In this document: positions 1 to 8,890 of the stretch, one piece after another
Numbering within the stretch: the stretch's first letter is position 1
Layout: every line of letters begins with the position of its first letter
Source: Planctomycetota bacterium
GTDB taxonomy: Bacteria; Planctomycetota; Planctomycetia; Pirellulales; UBA7805
Direction of reading: 5' to 3'
Length of the DNA stretch: 64,000 nt
NCBI GenBank assembly: GCA_036153155.1
Contig: JAYZMM010000132.1
Location: 136 to 64,135 of the forward strand
Made by a program: the position numbers and the translations under genes
The notes under the pieces: model-generated
What the model was told of the DNA's origin: nothing
What the model saw: the letters and a program-made list of their open reading frames with translations, nothing else
Databases searched by the model: none

Positions 1-2298
1 GAACTGCAAGCCCAGCCGGGCGATCGCATTGAAATCACTTATTTCGATCCGGTGACGACCCATGGCCGGGTCGAGGAAAAAACCGCTGCGTTTCGCCTGC
101 ATTCGATCGTTCCTCTATACGATGATCAGCAACGTCCTACGCTTGCGAATGATCGTCATCTTACGCCAGAGCTTGCCGGCGTGACTGATCAGGCGTCAAT
201 GGATGATTGGAACCCACCTTTTCCGTTTGATGCAAGTAGAGTTCGAGCGCAGGACGAATCATATTGGGATAACTATCGGGCAACGCCCAAAGCGTTTATT
301 TCCCAGCAAGCGGGGGAGGTATTATGGGGCAGTCGATTTGGCGATATCACATCGTTGCGCGTCCCGAAGTCAAAAACGGAGTCGGCCGAGGCGGCCAGAG
401 TGCGATTGCAACGCAGTTTGCAGCAGGAATTGAGCCGTTCTGACACCTTTGCATTTCGTAACATTCGGAACGAGTTACTCAGGGCTGCCGGTGGAACGAC
501 TCCCTTTGGTGTACTTTTTCTCAGTTTCAGTATTTTTCTCATCATCTCGTCACTGTTACTGCTGACGTTGCTATTTCGACTAGACGTCGATCAGCGGTCT
601 GCCGAGTGGAGTCTGCTTGCCGCAGTCGGATTTAGCTCCAGGAGGATCATTCAGTTGTTGTGTCTGGAGACACTTTTGCTGGTCGGGGCAGGGGGAGGGT
701 TAGGAACAATTTGCGGAATCCTCTACGCCGCGATAATGGTTTTCGGATTGCGGACTTGGTGGGTGCAGGCAGTGGCAACCCCCTTTGTGCATTTGCATAT
801 CACGCCGTGGGGGCTATGCAGTGGTTTCGTCGCAAGCGGAATAGTTTGTTTTGCCACAATCCTGTGGTCTTTTTCGTTGCAGCGGCGGTCGACGCTGCAG
901 GGCCAATTTGCTGCGTTATCGCAAACGCGTGCGACGATCAACACGTCCAATAAACTTTACCGCTGGTCGGCTTTTAGCCTGCTTTTTGCATTGCTTAGCG
1001 TGGTGACAGCGATTGTCGGTCCCTCGTCACGACAGACGGGCCTTTTTTTCGCAGCAGGAAGTTCCACATTACTTTCAGCGATCACCCTGTTCGGGGGTTT
1101 TTTACATCGGCTGGGCTCAGAACGGGGAAATCCTCGCATGCGGAGCCTCGTTCGATTCGCGGGTGTTTGTCTGAGTCGGCAGCCTCAACGTAGTGTATTA
1201 ACCATCGCGCTGGTGGGAGCCGCAACCTTTATGATTGTGGCGGTGAGTGCATTCCGTTTACAGCAAACCAATCGCGGAAATTTTAACTTATTGGCTGAGA
1301 GTGCGTTGCCCCTCTATTTTGATTTAGCGAGCCCCGATGGTCGAGAAGAGTATGGTCTCGATCAAGTGTCTGATGGTTTGCTTGCGAAAACAAATATTGT
1401 TTCGCTGCGGGCCCGCGGCGGAGATGACGCCAGTTGCCTCAATCTCTATCGTGCACGACAACCCCGGCTACTTGGGATACCTCGGAAAATGCCACACGAT
1501 TTTTTTGCGGAGGATCTGGGTCCGCAGTCGTGGAGTGTGTTAGGTCGGGATTTGGGGTTAGACGCCTCAGGTAAATCCATTGTCCCGGTTGTCATCGATC
1601 AGAATACGGCCAGATACGGATTGGGGCTTTACGGTGGAGTGGGTGAGCAGTTTGAGATCACAGATCAATCTCGCAAAACAACCTTTCAAGTAGTTGCCTT
1701 GCTGAAGAACAGTTTTTTTCAAGGCTCACTACTTGTAAGCGAAGCTGCATTATTGGATTTGTATCCTGAGACGGAGGGCTATCAATATTTTTTGATCGAG
1801 ACTTTTCCGGAAAACGTATTGGCGGTGACAACGCTGCTCGAAGATCAACTCGGTGATTTTGGTTTTGACGTGGAGTCGGTTTCAGATCGACTGGCAATGC
1901 TGTACGGTGTGCAGAATACTTATTTGACCGCTTTTCAGACCCTTGGCGGACTCGGCTTGCTACTGGGAACACTGGGTCTATTTGCCGTGCAAGTCCGCAA
2001 TATATTAAGTCGACGCCATGAATTTGCTTTGCAGCAGGCACTGGGTTTCAGCACGCGTCGACTGTCTGTCCTGTTAATACTTGAGATTATGTTTCTTCTG
2101 GTGGCCGGACTCGTTTCGGGCGTCATCGCCGCTGGTATCTCGATTCTACCGTATCTTTTGGGCGGCGAGATTCAGATACCGCTATTTGCAACGAGCGGGC
2201 TTCTAGTGCTTCTGATTATGGTGGGTCTGTCTGCCGGTTTGTTGTCGATGCGACAGTTGCTCAAGGCGTTGCCGATTGCTGTCCTTCGCGGGGAATAA
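1..2298 (+). CDS. ABC-transporter permease, FtsX/MacB type with two FtsX modules (5' end cut by window edge)
   Basis: Frame 1 is open from nt 1 (ELQAQPGDRIEITYFDP...) into ORF 52..2298, so the gene starts upstream of the window. There are two copies of the FtsX-domain pattern (AVGFSSRRIIQLLCLETLLLVGAGGGLG and ALGFSTRRLSVLLILEIMFLLVAGLVSG). Each is embedded in TM helices, with a large soluble loop between them. Confidence 0.8.
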   Translation, partial: ELQAQPGDRIEITYFDPVTTHGRVEEKTAAFRLHSIVPLYDDQQRPTLANDRHLTPELAGVTDQASMDDWNPPFPFDASRVRAQDESYWDNYRATPKAFISQQAGEVLWGSRFGDITSLRVPKSKTESAEAARVRLQRSLQQELSRSDTFAFRNIRNELLRAAGGTTPFGVLFLSFSIFLIISSLLLLTLLFRLDVDQRSAEWSLLAAVGFSSRRIIQLLCLETLLLVGAGGGLGTICGILYAAIMVFGLRTWWVQAVATPFVHLHITPWGLCSGFVASGIVCFATILWSFSLQRRSTLQGQFAALSQTRATINTSNKLYRWSAFSLLFALLSVVTAIVGPSSRQTGLFFAAGSSTLLSAITLFGGFLHRLGSERGNPRMRSLVRFAGVCLSRQPQRSVLTIALVGAATFMIVAVSAFRLQQTNRGNFNLLAESALPLYFDLASPDGREEYGLDQVSDGLLAKTNIVSLRARGGDDASCLNLYRARQPRLLGIPRKMPHDFFAEDLGPQSWSVLGRDLGLDASGKSIVPVVIDQNTARYGLGLYGGVGEQFEITDQSRKTTFQVVALLKNSFFQGSLLVSEAALLDLYPETEGYQYFLIETFPENVLAVTTLLEDQLGDFGFDVESVSDRLAMLYGVQNTYLTAFQTLGGLGLLLGTLGLFAVQVRNILSRRHEFALQQALGFSTRRLSVLLILEIMFLLVAGLVSGVIAAGISILPYLLGGEIQIPLFATSGLLVLLIMVGLSAGLLSMRQLLKALPIAVLRGE

Positions 2299-2372
2299 AT
2301 CTTCCCCCCTCGTCCGAAGTTGCTCCTTTGTTAAACTGGAACGCTAATCAGTTGCTTGCAGGGTAAATCGCC

Positions 2373-3515
2373 ATGAAATTTTTATTTGTGATCGCGTCTA
2401 TTGCGCTAACCGTACTGAGTTGGGGAATGTACGGTCCGGTGCTCCATCGGGGCCAGCAGGATATGGATCACACCCGACTGCTCCCTTTTTTCTTTGTTGG
2501 CGTCGCCTACTTTTTTATCGCCGTTGCAGTGCCGGCTGTGTTACTTCGAACTCGGGGAGAGTCTGGACGCTGGACCACGGGAGGTGGTTTTTGGAGTCTA
2601 TTGGCAGGGGCGGCCGGCGCATTGGGTGCGCTGGGAATCATCTTGGCTTTTGAAAGTGGTGGAAGCCCTTTCTTTGTCATGCCGATTGTGTTCGGGGGTG
2701 CTCCCATCGTGAATTCCCTGATCACGGCCCGCATGAATCGTTTGACTAGTGAGATCGGGCCGGTCTTTATTGCCGGATTGATGATGGTCATCCTGGGTGC
2801 GGTAACAGTCCTTATCTTCAAACCCTCCTCATCGCCAACCGCCGGTGCATCTGACTCGGTGCAATGGATCTGGTTGATATCGGCCATCACAGGCACGGTC
2901 CTCTGTTGGGGCGCGTATGGACCCTTTTTGCACCGTGGACAAATGAAAATGCAGGGCAGTCGCTTGCGGCCGCTACTTTGCGTGGGTCTGGCTTATTTTT
3001 CGATTGCCGTGGTCGTACCCACCATGCTGCTCAGTGGCGGCTTGGATGGTGGCTGGGGAGCATTTCGAATCAGTGGAACCTGCTGGAGTCTGGCGGCAGG
3101 TGCGGCTGGAGTTTTAGGATCTCTGGGAATCATCATGGCATTTAACTGGGGTGGTAAGCCGATTTATGTGATGCCTTTGGTTTTCGGAGGCGCACCGGTT
3201 ATTAACACATTTTGGACAATCATTCGGCGAACGGATGGCAGTTCGATAAGCCCATTTTTTTGGGCAGGGCTGATTCTGGTTATTGGCGGATCGGCCCTTG
3301 TGCTTGTTTTCTCTCCTAAGGGGAATACGGGGCCAACAAAGTCTCCGTCACCAAAAAAAGAGACCCCGCGACCAGATGCATCACCAACCGAAACATTATC
3401 CGAGGAGCAATCCGATAAAGCTTCGTATGACGCCGAGCCAGCCGATTCGCAGCAAGATCAGGATACAGCAGCTCCGCCCAAACAACTCCACGACGAACAT
3501 CCGCACAGTGATTGA
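2373..3515 (+). CDS. Polytopic membrane protein, internally duplicated (about 5+5 TM, DMT/EamA-like architecture) with disordered acidic/Pro-rich tail
   Basis: Residues ~1-155 and ~165-315 are paralogous halves (LSWGMYGPVLHRGQ / LCWGAYGPFLHRGQ; FVMPIVFGGAPIVNSL / YVMPLVFGGAPVINTF). Each half has about five hydrophobic helices. The last ~65 aa are P/S/T/D/E/Q-rich. Confidence 0.75.
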   Translation: MKFLFVIASIALTVLSWGMYGPVLHRGQQDMDHTRLLPFFFVGVAYFFIAVAVPAVLLRTRGESGRWTTGGGFWSLLAGAAGALGALGIILAFESGGSPFFVMPIVFGGAPIVNSLITARMNRLTSEIGPVFIAGLMMVILGAVTVLIFKPSSSPTAGASDSVQWIWLISAITGTVLCWGAYGPFLHRGQMKMQGSRLRPLLCVGLAYFSIAVVVPTMLLSGGLDGGWGAFRISGTCWSLAAGAAGVLGSLGIIMAFNWGGKPIYVMPLVFGGAPVINTFWTIIRRTDGSSISPFFWAGLILVIGGSALVLVFSPKGNTGPTKSPSPKKETPRPDASPTETLSEEQSDKASYDAEPADSQQDQDTAAPPKQLHDEHPHSD

Positions 3516-3580
3516 GTTATTGTATTTTCGGATTGCTTTCCATCGGCAGCCGAAGCGATTTCAGGAAATTGAAAGTGATA

Positions 3581-3928
3581 ATGAAGCCGACTGAAAAAAT
3601 GGTTGAGGTCGATGATTTGCTGACTCATGTCTGGATGGTGCGCACTTTTCTCAAGCACTCGGAAGAGGCCGAGGAGGATGAAGACCTGCAGAAAGTCCAT
3701 CGGATACTTTATGACTACATGCATGCGTTGGGCGTCTTCTGGGATCAACGTGATGCGGAAGGGTACCTTGAACAGGCAAGTCGTAAATGGCATCGGCTCA
3801 GAAATGCCAAAGACGAGTTTATCAACCTGCAGCCGGAAATTTCGACACACATGAATTTTCAAATGGCGCGACGATCCCTTCAGACTGCGGTGGATCGGAT
3901 CGGCCGGATACTCGGCACGCTGACTTGA
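3581..3928 (+). CDS. Hypothetical helical acidic protein (115 aa)
   Basis: I prefer ATG 3581 to TTG 3512, which overlaps the upstream stop codon. Clean ORF, co-directional and closely spaced with queF. No motif recognised. Confidence 0.55.
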   Translation: MKPTEKMVEVDDLLTHVWMVRTFLKHSEEAEEDEDLQKVHRILYDYMHALGVFWDQRDAEGYLEQASRKWHRLRNAKDEFINLQPEISTHMNFQMARRSLQTAVDRIGRILGTLT

Positions 3929-3963
3929 GCAAGACTGACGCACTTTAGTTGTGCAAAGATTGC

Positions 3964-3998
3964 CCGATGCCTATTCGCCCTCTTTTGTAGGGCATCGG
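3964..3998 (+). promoter_or_regulatory. 8-bp stem / 19-nt loop hairpin ending 3 nt before the queF ATG
   Basis: CCGATGCC (3964-3971) and GGCATCGG (3991-3998) are perfect reverse complements. ATG at 4002. Confidence 0.4.
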
Positions 3999-4001
3999 AG
4001 C

Positions 4002-4439
4002 ATGCCACAATATGAGTACACGCAACCCCTAGATAGAACTACTAACGAAACAGGGAGTCTCCAAGCGATGGCCGAGGTCAGTACGCAAATTTTAGAAACT
4101 TTTGAGAATCCATTTCCCCAGCGCGATTATCACATCGAAATTGTCTGTCCTGAGTTCACTTCACTCTGCCCTAAAACGGGACAGCCTGATTTTGGTGTTT
4201 TGACATTCACGTATTGTCCGAATGAACGCTGCGTCGAACTAAAAAGTTTAAAAATGTATTTGCAGCAATTCCGTGACCAAGGAATTTTTTACGAGAATAT
4301 CACCAATAGTATTGTTAATGACATTGTGAGTGTGATCGAACCGAAGCATCTGAAATGCGAAGCTGCATTCAGTGCTCGGGGAGGCATCACAACCAAGGTG
4401 ACTGTCGAATATCCTAGCCTAGATCAGAAAAAAGATTGA
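4002..4439 (+). CDS. queF: NADPH-dependent 7-cyano-7-deazaguanine (preQ0) reductase, type I
   Basis: Contains [26 protein letters not shown] and [14 protein letters not shown], the QueF signature with the catalytic Cys in [11 protein letters not shown] 4002 chosen as start; GTG 3951 is an alternative. Confidence 0.9.
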   Translation: MPQYEYTQPLDRTTNETGSLQAMAEVSTQILETFENPFPQRDYHIEIVCPEFTSLCPKTGQPDFGVLTFTYCPNERCVELKSLKMYLQQFRDQGIFYENITNSIVNDIVSVIEPKHLKCEAAFSARGGITTKVTVEYPSLDQKKD

Positions 4440-4442
4440 CCG

Positions 4443-5456
4443 ATGGCAGAAACCCCGGAAGTTATTCTCAGTGGATTTGCGGATGAAGCCGCCAACCACA
4501 AAACAGCAGTTGAGCAGTTTGCCGCTTTTGCTGCAGTCGGTTTGCAGTATTACAGCATCCGTTTTATCGATGTAGGTAATGGCATCAAAAACGTGATGAA
4601 GCTAACGAAGGCAGAGATTACCAAAATTCGTCATTTGGAGGATGAGTATGGGATGAATGTCTCTTCCATTGGCTCTCCGATTGGAAAAGTAAAGCTATGC
4701 GACGTTGAGGATGGAACAAAAAATCCTTTTATCCCGTTCAAGAAATATCTGGAACGTGATGTTGCCAAAGCCTGTGATTTAGCGCACGCTTTCGAAACAA
4801 AACTGATTCGTGGGTTTTCGTTTTATCATCCCAAGGGAAGTTCTTTGGAGGAGCATCTTCCTCAGTGTGTTGATCAGTTAGCTCAAATTGCAGAGGCTTG
4901 CCATCGAAGTGACTTGACCTTCGGGCTTGAAGTTGAGGCAAATTTAGTGGGCCAGAACGGCGAACTGCTTTCAGAGATTCACAAGCAGGTGAATCATCCA
5001 GCACTCATGTTGATATTTGACGGTGGGAATCTGGTAACCCAGGGATTCGATGCTGCGGGTGCTTTCGCCCAATATAAGGCAATGAAAAAGGGAATCGGTT
5101 GGTTTCACGTCAAGGATTATCGTCACCCTGGAAAGATCACTCGGATTGAGCACGTCGATGAGGAAGCACTGCGTCACTTTGTCCCTGCCGATGAGGGGCA
5201 AAGTGGTCACGAATTGATTTTCAAGGATTTTTGTGACGTGTTGCCTCAACTCACAAAAAAATTGCAGCGGCGCGGTATCCCAGGCGTATTTCTTGACCTG
5301 GAGCCCCACTTAAAGGGTGGCGGACAATTTGGCGGATTCAGTGGTCCGGATGGACTTGGCGTAGCACTCCGTTCCCTATGCAGAATTCTAGACTTAGTCG
5401 GCGTGAAGTATCGCTTGCGTGATTTTGCGGACGTGAGAGCAATGCTGGGCCGCTGA
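4443..5456 (+). CDS. Sugar phosphate isomerase/epimerase (xylose-isomerase-like TIM barrel)
   Basis: Family-typical pattern ILSGFADEA..., IRGFSFYHP, FGLEVEANLVG, WFHVKD. Starts 3 nt after the queF stop. Confidence 0.75.
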   Translation: MAETPEVILSGFADEAANHKTAVEQFAAFAAVGLQYYSIRFIDVGNGIKNVMKLTKAEITKIRHLEDEYGMNVSSIGSPIGKVKLCDVEDGTKNPFIPFKKYLERDVAKACDLAHAFETKLIRGFSFYHPKGSSLEEHLPQCVDQLAQIAEACHRSDLTFGLEVEANLVGQNGELLSEIHKQVNHPALMLIFDGGNLVTQGFDAAGAFAQYKAMKKGIGWFHVKDYRHPGKITRIEHVDEEALRHFVPADEGQSGHELIFKDFCDVLPQLTKKLQRRGIPGVFLDLEPHLKGGGQFGGFSGPDGLGVALRSLCRILDLVGVKYRLRDFADVRAMLGR

Positions 5457-5458
5457 CG

Positions 5459-5483
5459 TCGAGTCTCCGCATCGAGTCTCCGC
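5459..5483. repeat. Tandem direct repeat TCGAGTCTCCGC x2 (1-nt spacer)
   Basis: Copies at 5459-5470 and 5472-5483, read directly from the sequence. Begins 3 nt after the stop of the TIM-barrel gene. Confidence 0.9.
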
Positions 5484-5968
5484 TTAGCTCCTGAGGGTCT
5501 TTATTGCTGTTCGCGTCATCTTTTAAAGTTGGTTCTCAGCAGGCACTGCTATCAACTCGCCGAGCGAAAATTTCCACATTCTAACCACGGATTGTTTACA
5601 CGGCACGATTTTCGTGGAGCTACGCAGAGAAGAAATATCGCTTCACGGAAAAACGAGTGTATTACTCTGCCGATTGTGTCGATTACTCCAAGGCGAAGAC
5701 AATCTTTAGCCACCCAAGGAAGAGGAAATGTCAAAAGGCATGGTGTCCGGTGGTCGCGAGAGCAGTTCTTCCAGGCTTTAGTGAACCGGATTAAAACGGC
5801 GCTAAGGTATTTAAAAATAGATACTTAAGTGGTTTGTTGAGCTTTGTTGAATTGGCACTGTGGCCGGTTTGGATAAACTCTTACGTATGTGCTGCGTAAT
5901 ATAAGGTGGCCCACGCGGCACAGCTGCTTGAACGAAGCACGATTGGCAGTAGGAAGGATAGGCACACG

Positions 5969-6415
5969 ATGGCAAGAAAAGACGAAATTCAGCGTATGCG
6001 AGACGTGTTGGTCATTCGTCGCGACGCACTCCGTCGGGCTTTGGCTGGCGATTTGAGTCTGCTATCTGATTTACAGCAGCAGGGCAGTGGTGATGTGATC
6101 GATGCAGCGCTCGATTCAGCGCAAGGTGAAATTAATTCACAGTTGGCGGAAGTCGAAAGCCGTGAATTAGGCAGTATCGAAAAAGCGCTTGAGCAAATGC
6201 GAGATGGCTCGTATGGCTTGTGCGAACACTGCGGCAAAAAAATTCCGCTCGCTCGACTCAAGGCTCTGCCCTATGCGACCACCTGTATCGAGTGTCAGCG
6301 TCTTGCGGAAGAAGGGCGTTTAGAAGGGTCGGGAGATGCGGATTGGAGCCGTGTTCTCGATTCCGGTAATGATACGGATGTAACGATCAGCGACATTGAA
6401 ATGGATGTGTCTTGA
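5969..6415 (+). CDS. DksA/TraR-family C4 zinc-finger RNA-polymerase-binding regulator
   Basis: Zinc finger CEHC-x17-CIEC. Coiled-coil tip motif DVIDAA (DxxDxA). Purine run AGGAAGGA lies ~10 nt upstream of ATG 5969. GTG 5906 is an alternative start. Confidence 0.85.
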   Translation: MARKDEIQRMRDVLVIRRDALRRALAGDLSLLSDLQQQGSGDVIDAALDSAQGEINSQLAEVESRELGSIEKALEQMRDGSYGLCEHCGKKIPLARLKALPYATTCIECQRLAEEGRLEGSGDADWSRVLDSGNDTDVTISDIEMDVS

Positions 6416-6522
6416 TTCCGACTCAGGGCACGCAGCATCTCGTTCATTCACTTGCATCACGGTCAGATCATCTGCGCGAGGCGATCTAAAGGTTGCTTCT
6501 GTCTTGAGGGAGGCGTTTGAGT

Positions 6523-7686
6523 ATGTATTTTGCGTTGGAGCAGGAAGCTAACCAACCGCGCCAACTGCGTTGTGGGTTTTGTCCCTTGCTCATTCTCGCC
6601 TTTCTTGTATTTGCGCTATTCGGTGGACCATTTAGCAAAGCACTTGCACAAGAAGGTCCACCGTCGATTTCGGCAGAACAAAGAGATCAGCTCTATCGGG
6701 AAATTGCCCGAGAGACAGAGTCTCTAAAAAGTCAAATCGGGCTACTCAAAAAAATTGCTAAGGTGGTGCGGCCTTCAGTTGTTCACATTGAAATTAATGG
6801 TGGTAATGCCCGTCGTAACCGATTTCCCGATGAAACTGGTTCGGGAGTTGTGTTTAAACGAGGTGGTAAGCTTTACGTTCTTACTAATCGGCATTTAGTT
6901 CGTTATGCCGATCTTGACGAGGTGACCATTCGCTTCGCGGACGGTAGGGAGATTCGTCCAACCAATATGTGGTTCGATGCCGGTACCGATATTGCGATTC
7001 TCGCAATTGATTCAACGCAATCGGTTCCAGCGAGAATCGGTAATAGTCGATCCTTGGAAATTGGTGACTATATCCTGGCATTCGGAAGTCCGTTTGGCTT
7101 AAGTCATTCTGTCACTTTCGGGATTATAAGTGCGAAAGGCCGTCGTGATCTTGAGTTGGCAACCGATGGCGTTGCATACCAAGACTTTTTGCAAATTGAT
7201 GCGTCGATTAATCCTGGAAACAGCGGTGGGCCCTTAGTAAATCTGTCTGGTGAGGTCGTCGGCATCAACACTGCGATCGCAAGCACTTCAGGACGTGATG
7301 AGGGAGTTGGTTTTTCGATTCCGATCAACATGGCGATGAAGATTGCTGACCAATTGATTGAAAAAGGAAAAGTCGTTCGCGGTTTTCTTGGGGTGAGTCT
7401 TGATTCGAGATTTTCACATGACGCAGCGGTTCGCCTGGGACTTAAAACGCCGCGAGGAGCCCGTGTAACAGGCATCACTGAGAACTCAGCAGCTTCCCGT
7501 GCGAATGTACTCCCCGGAGATGTCATTTTGCGTTTTAACGGTACCCGTATCGAAAGCGATGATCACCTGGTGAATGAGGTCAGCATGACGCCGGTCGGAG
7601 AACCGGTCCTAATGACCGTTTTTCGAGATGGTGAGATGATTGATTTGACGGTCACCGTGGGAGAGCGCGATCTTGATAATCGGTAA
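6523..7686 (+). CDS. HtrA/DegP-family serine endoprotease with one PDZ domain
   Basis: Trypsin-fold triad context (TNRHLV, DIAILAI, GNSGGPLVN). C-terminal PDZ (GARVTGITENSAASRANVLPGDVIL). N-terminal hydrophobic anchor. GGAGG-like run before ATG 6523. Confidence 0.9.
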   Translation: MYFALEQEANQPRQLRCGFCPLLILAFLVFALFGGPFSKALAQEGPPSISAEQRDQLYREIARETESLKSQIGLLKKIAKVVRPSVVHIEINGGNARRNRFPDETGSGVVFKRGGKLYVLTNRHLVRYADLDEVTIRFADGREIRPTNMWFDAGTDIAILAIDSTQSVPARIGNSRSLEIGDYILAFGSPFGLSHSVTFGIISAKGRRDLELATDGVAYQDFLQIDASINPGNSGGPLVNLSGEVVGINTAIASTSGRDEGVGFSIPINMAMKIADQLIEKGKVVRGFLGVSLDSRFSHDAAVRLGLKTPRGARVTGITENSAASRANVLPGDVILRFNGTRIESDDHLVNEVSMTPVGEPVLMTVFRDGEMIDLTVTVGERDLDNR

Positions 7687-7731
7687 ACGGCCTGGATAAA
7701 AGCCGATTTAGCCCGTCAGCGGTCGCTAACT

Positions 7732-8661
7732 CTATGAGGCGGTTGCGAGTCCACGTAGGATATAGTCCATCGTAGCGACCACATCAATCTCGGTAATAAC
7801 CTGCATGTTTGGCTGATTGTCGGGTCGAATACGGCGGTCAAAGAGTGTCGTCCCCAGGGTCAGATCTCCAGAAGTCTCCACATCTCCGTAAAGCGACTTG
7901 CTGGCAAAAAGCTCCGGATGGGAAATCACGGCGAGCGCAACAGCACTTGGCAGGTGAATTCCCTCCAATCCCCAAACGGTTCGATAAGAGCGAAAGATAA
8001 AGGGCAGAAACTTTCTTAAAAGGGTACCCGATTTGGTGGTCACATCAGAAATCTCATCGAGTTGGTCGTAGGTCATAACGACTTGTTGAGTGATATCTAG
8101 AGGGATGATCGATTTGGTGCCTGCAGAGTGGAAAATACGACGCGCTGCTGTTGGATTACAGTAGATGTTGAATTCAGCAGCAGAGGTCACATCTCCACTA
8201 CCGAGGCTTCCACCACGGATATAAATTTCTCTAATTTGACTCTCCAGGTCGGGTTCCCGAGTCAGCGCTAGGGCCATGTTCGTGAGAGGTCCGAGCGAGA
8301 CGACAGAAACCTCACCGGGTGATTTTCGAATTTCCTCACAGATGACTTTATCAGCGGTATGTCGATGGTGGAGCTCCGAGACCGCTAGATTGGCGCCCCC
8401 GAGTCCGTCTTTTCCATATAGATGATGAAGGTCCCCCAGATAACCTGCATCTGTTTCCGTTGCCACACCGATTCGTGGTATCCGGGGTGGATCTAATTGT
8501 TCGATAATCGCCTGAATATTTTTAGTTGCCTGTGCAGCCGAGACACAGCCAGCCGTTGCGGTGACCGCGACCACTTCTAAATCCGGATCAAAGAGCGCCA
8601 GTGCCAGCGCAACGGCGGCATCGATATGAGGATCGACGTCGAGAATTACCTTCTTGGCCAT
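7732..8661 (-). CDS. Nucleoside hydrolase (IUNH family), divergent metal-binding motif
   Basis: N-terminus KKVILDVDPHIDAAVALALAL, plus AEFNIYCNPTAA and the overall IUNH pattern. ATG 8661 (MAKKVILDVD) is preferred over the longer ORF start at 8730. Confidence 0.8.
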   Translation of the reverse strand: MAKKVILDVDPHIDAAVALALALFDPDLEVVAVTATAGCVSAAQATKNIQAIIEQLDPPRIPRIGVATETDAGYLGDLHHLYGKDGLGGANLAVSELHHRHTADKVICEEIRKSPGEVSVVSLGPLTNMALALTREPDLESQIREIYIRGGSLGSGDVTSAAEFNIYCNPTAARRIFHSAGTKSIIPLDITQQVVMTYDQLDEISDVTTKSGTLLRKFLPFIFRSYRTVWGLEGIHLPSAVALAVISHPELFASKSLYGDVETSGDLTLGTTLFDRRIRPDNQPNMQVITEIDVVATMDYILRGLATAS

Positions 8662-8890
8662 CGGATTATCGGATTCATTCCGAAAAGAGAAAAAAATATG
8701 GCAGCGTCGCGGTATCATTAACCGGGGCACCCGAGTGGTCTGATTTTAAAAAGCCCTCCATGGGATCACAAGAGGAGAGCAGGCCCATCTGCCTTCCTTA
8801 TTCGAAGCTTCCTATTACAATCGAGGGCCTCCTTCCCACATGCTCCATGCACTGGACTGTTTCGCGGAAAATTTATAGAGAGACGGATTT

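Noticed and set aside
3964-3998. preQ1 class I riboswitch in front of queF
   Set aside because: A hairpin exists (reported as a finding), but there is no A-rich 3' tail and no conserved loop nucleotides of the preQ1-I aptamer.
5529-5828. 99-codon ORF in the spacer upstream of the dksA-like gene
   Set aside because: Arg-rich product with no hydrophobic core or motif, and no ribosome-binding-like purine run. Probably non-coding, though the ~510-bp spacer itself remains unexplained.
5853-5867. Sigma54 promoter candidate TGGCAC-tgtgg-CCGG
   Set aside because: The -12 element (TTGC) is missing. Other TGGCA(C/T) occurrences (17318, 41263, 57834) also lack a correctly spaced GC element or lie inside genes.
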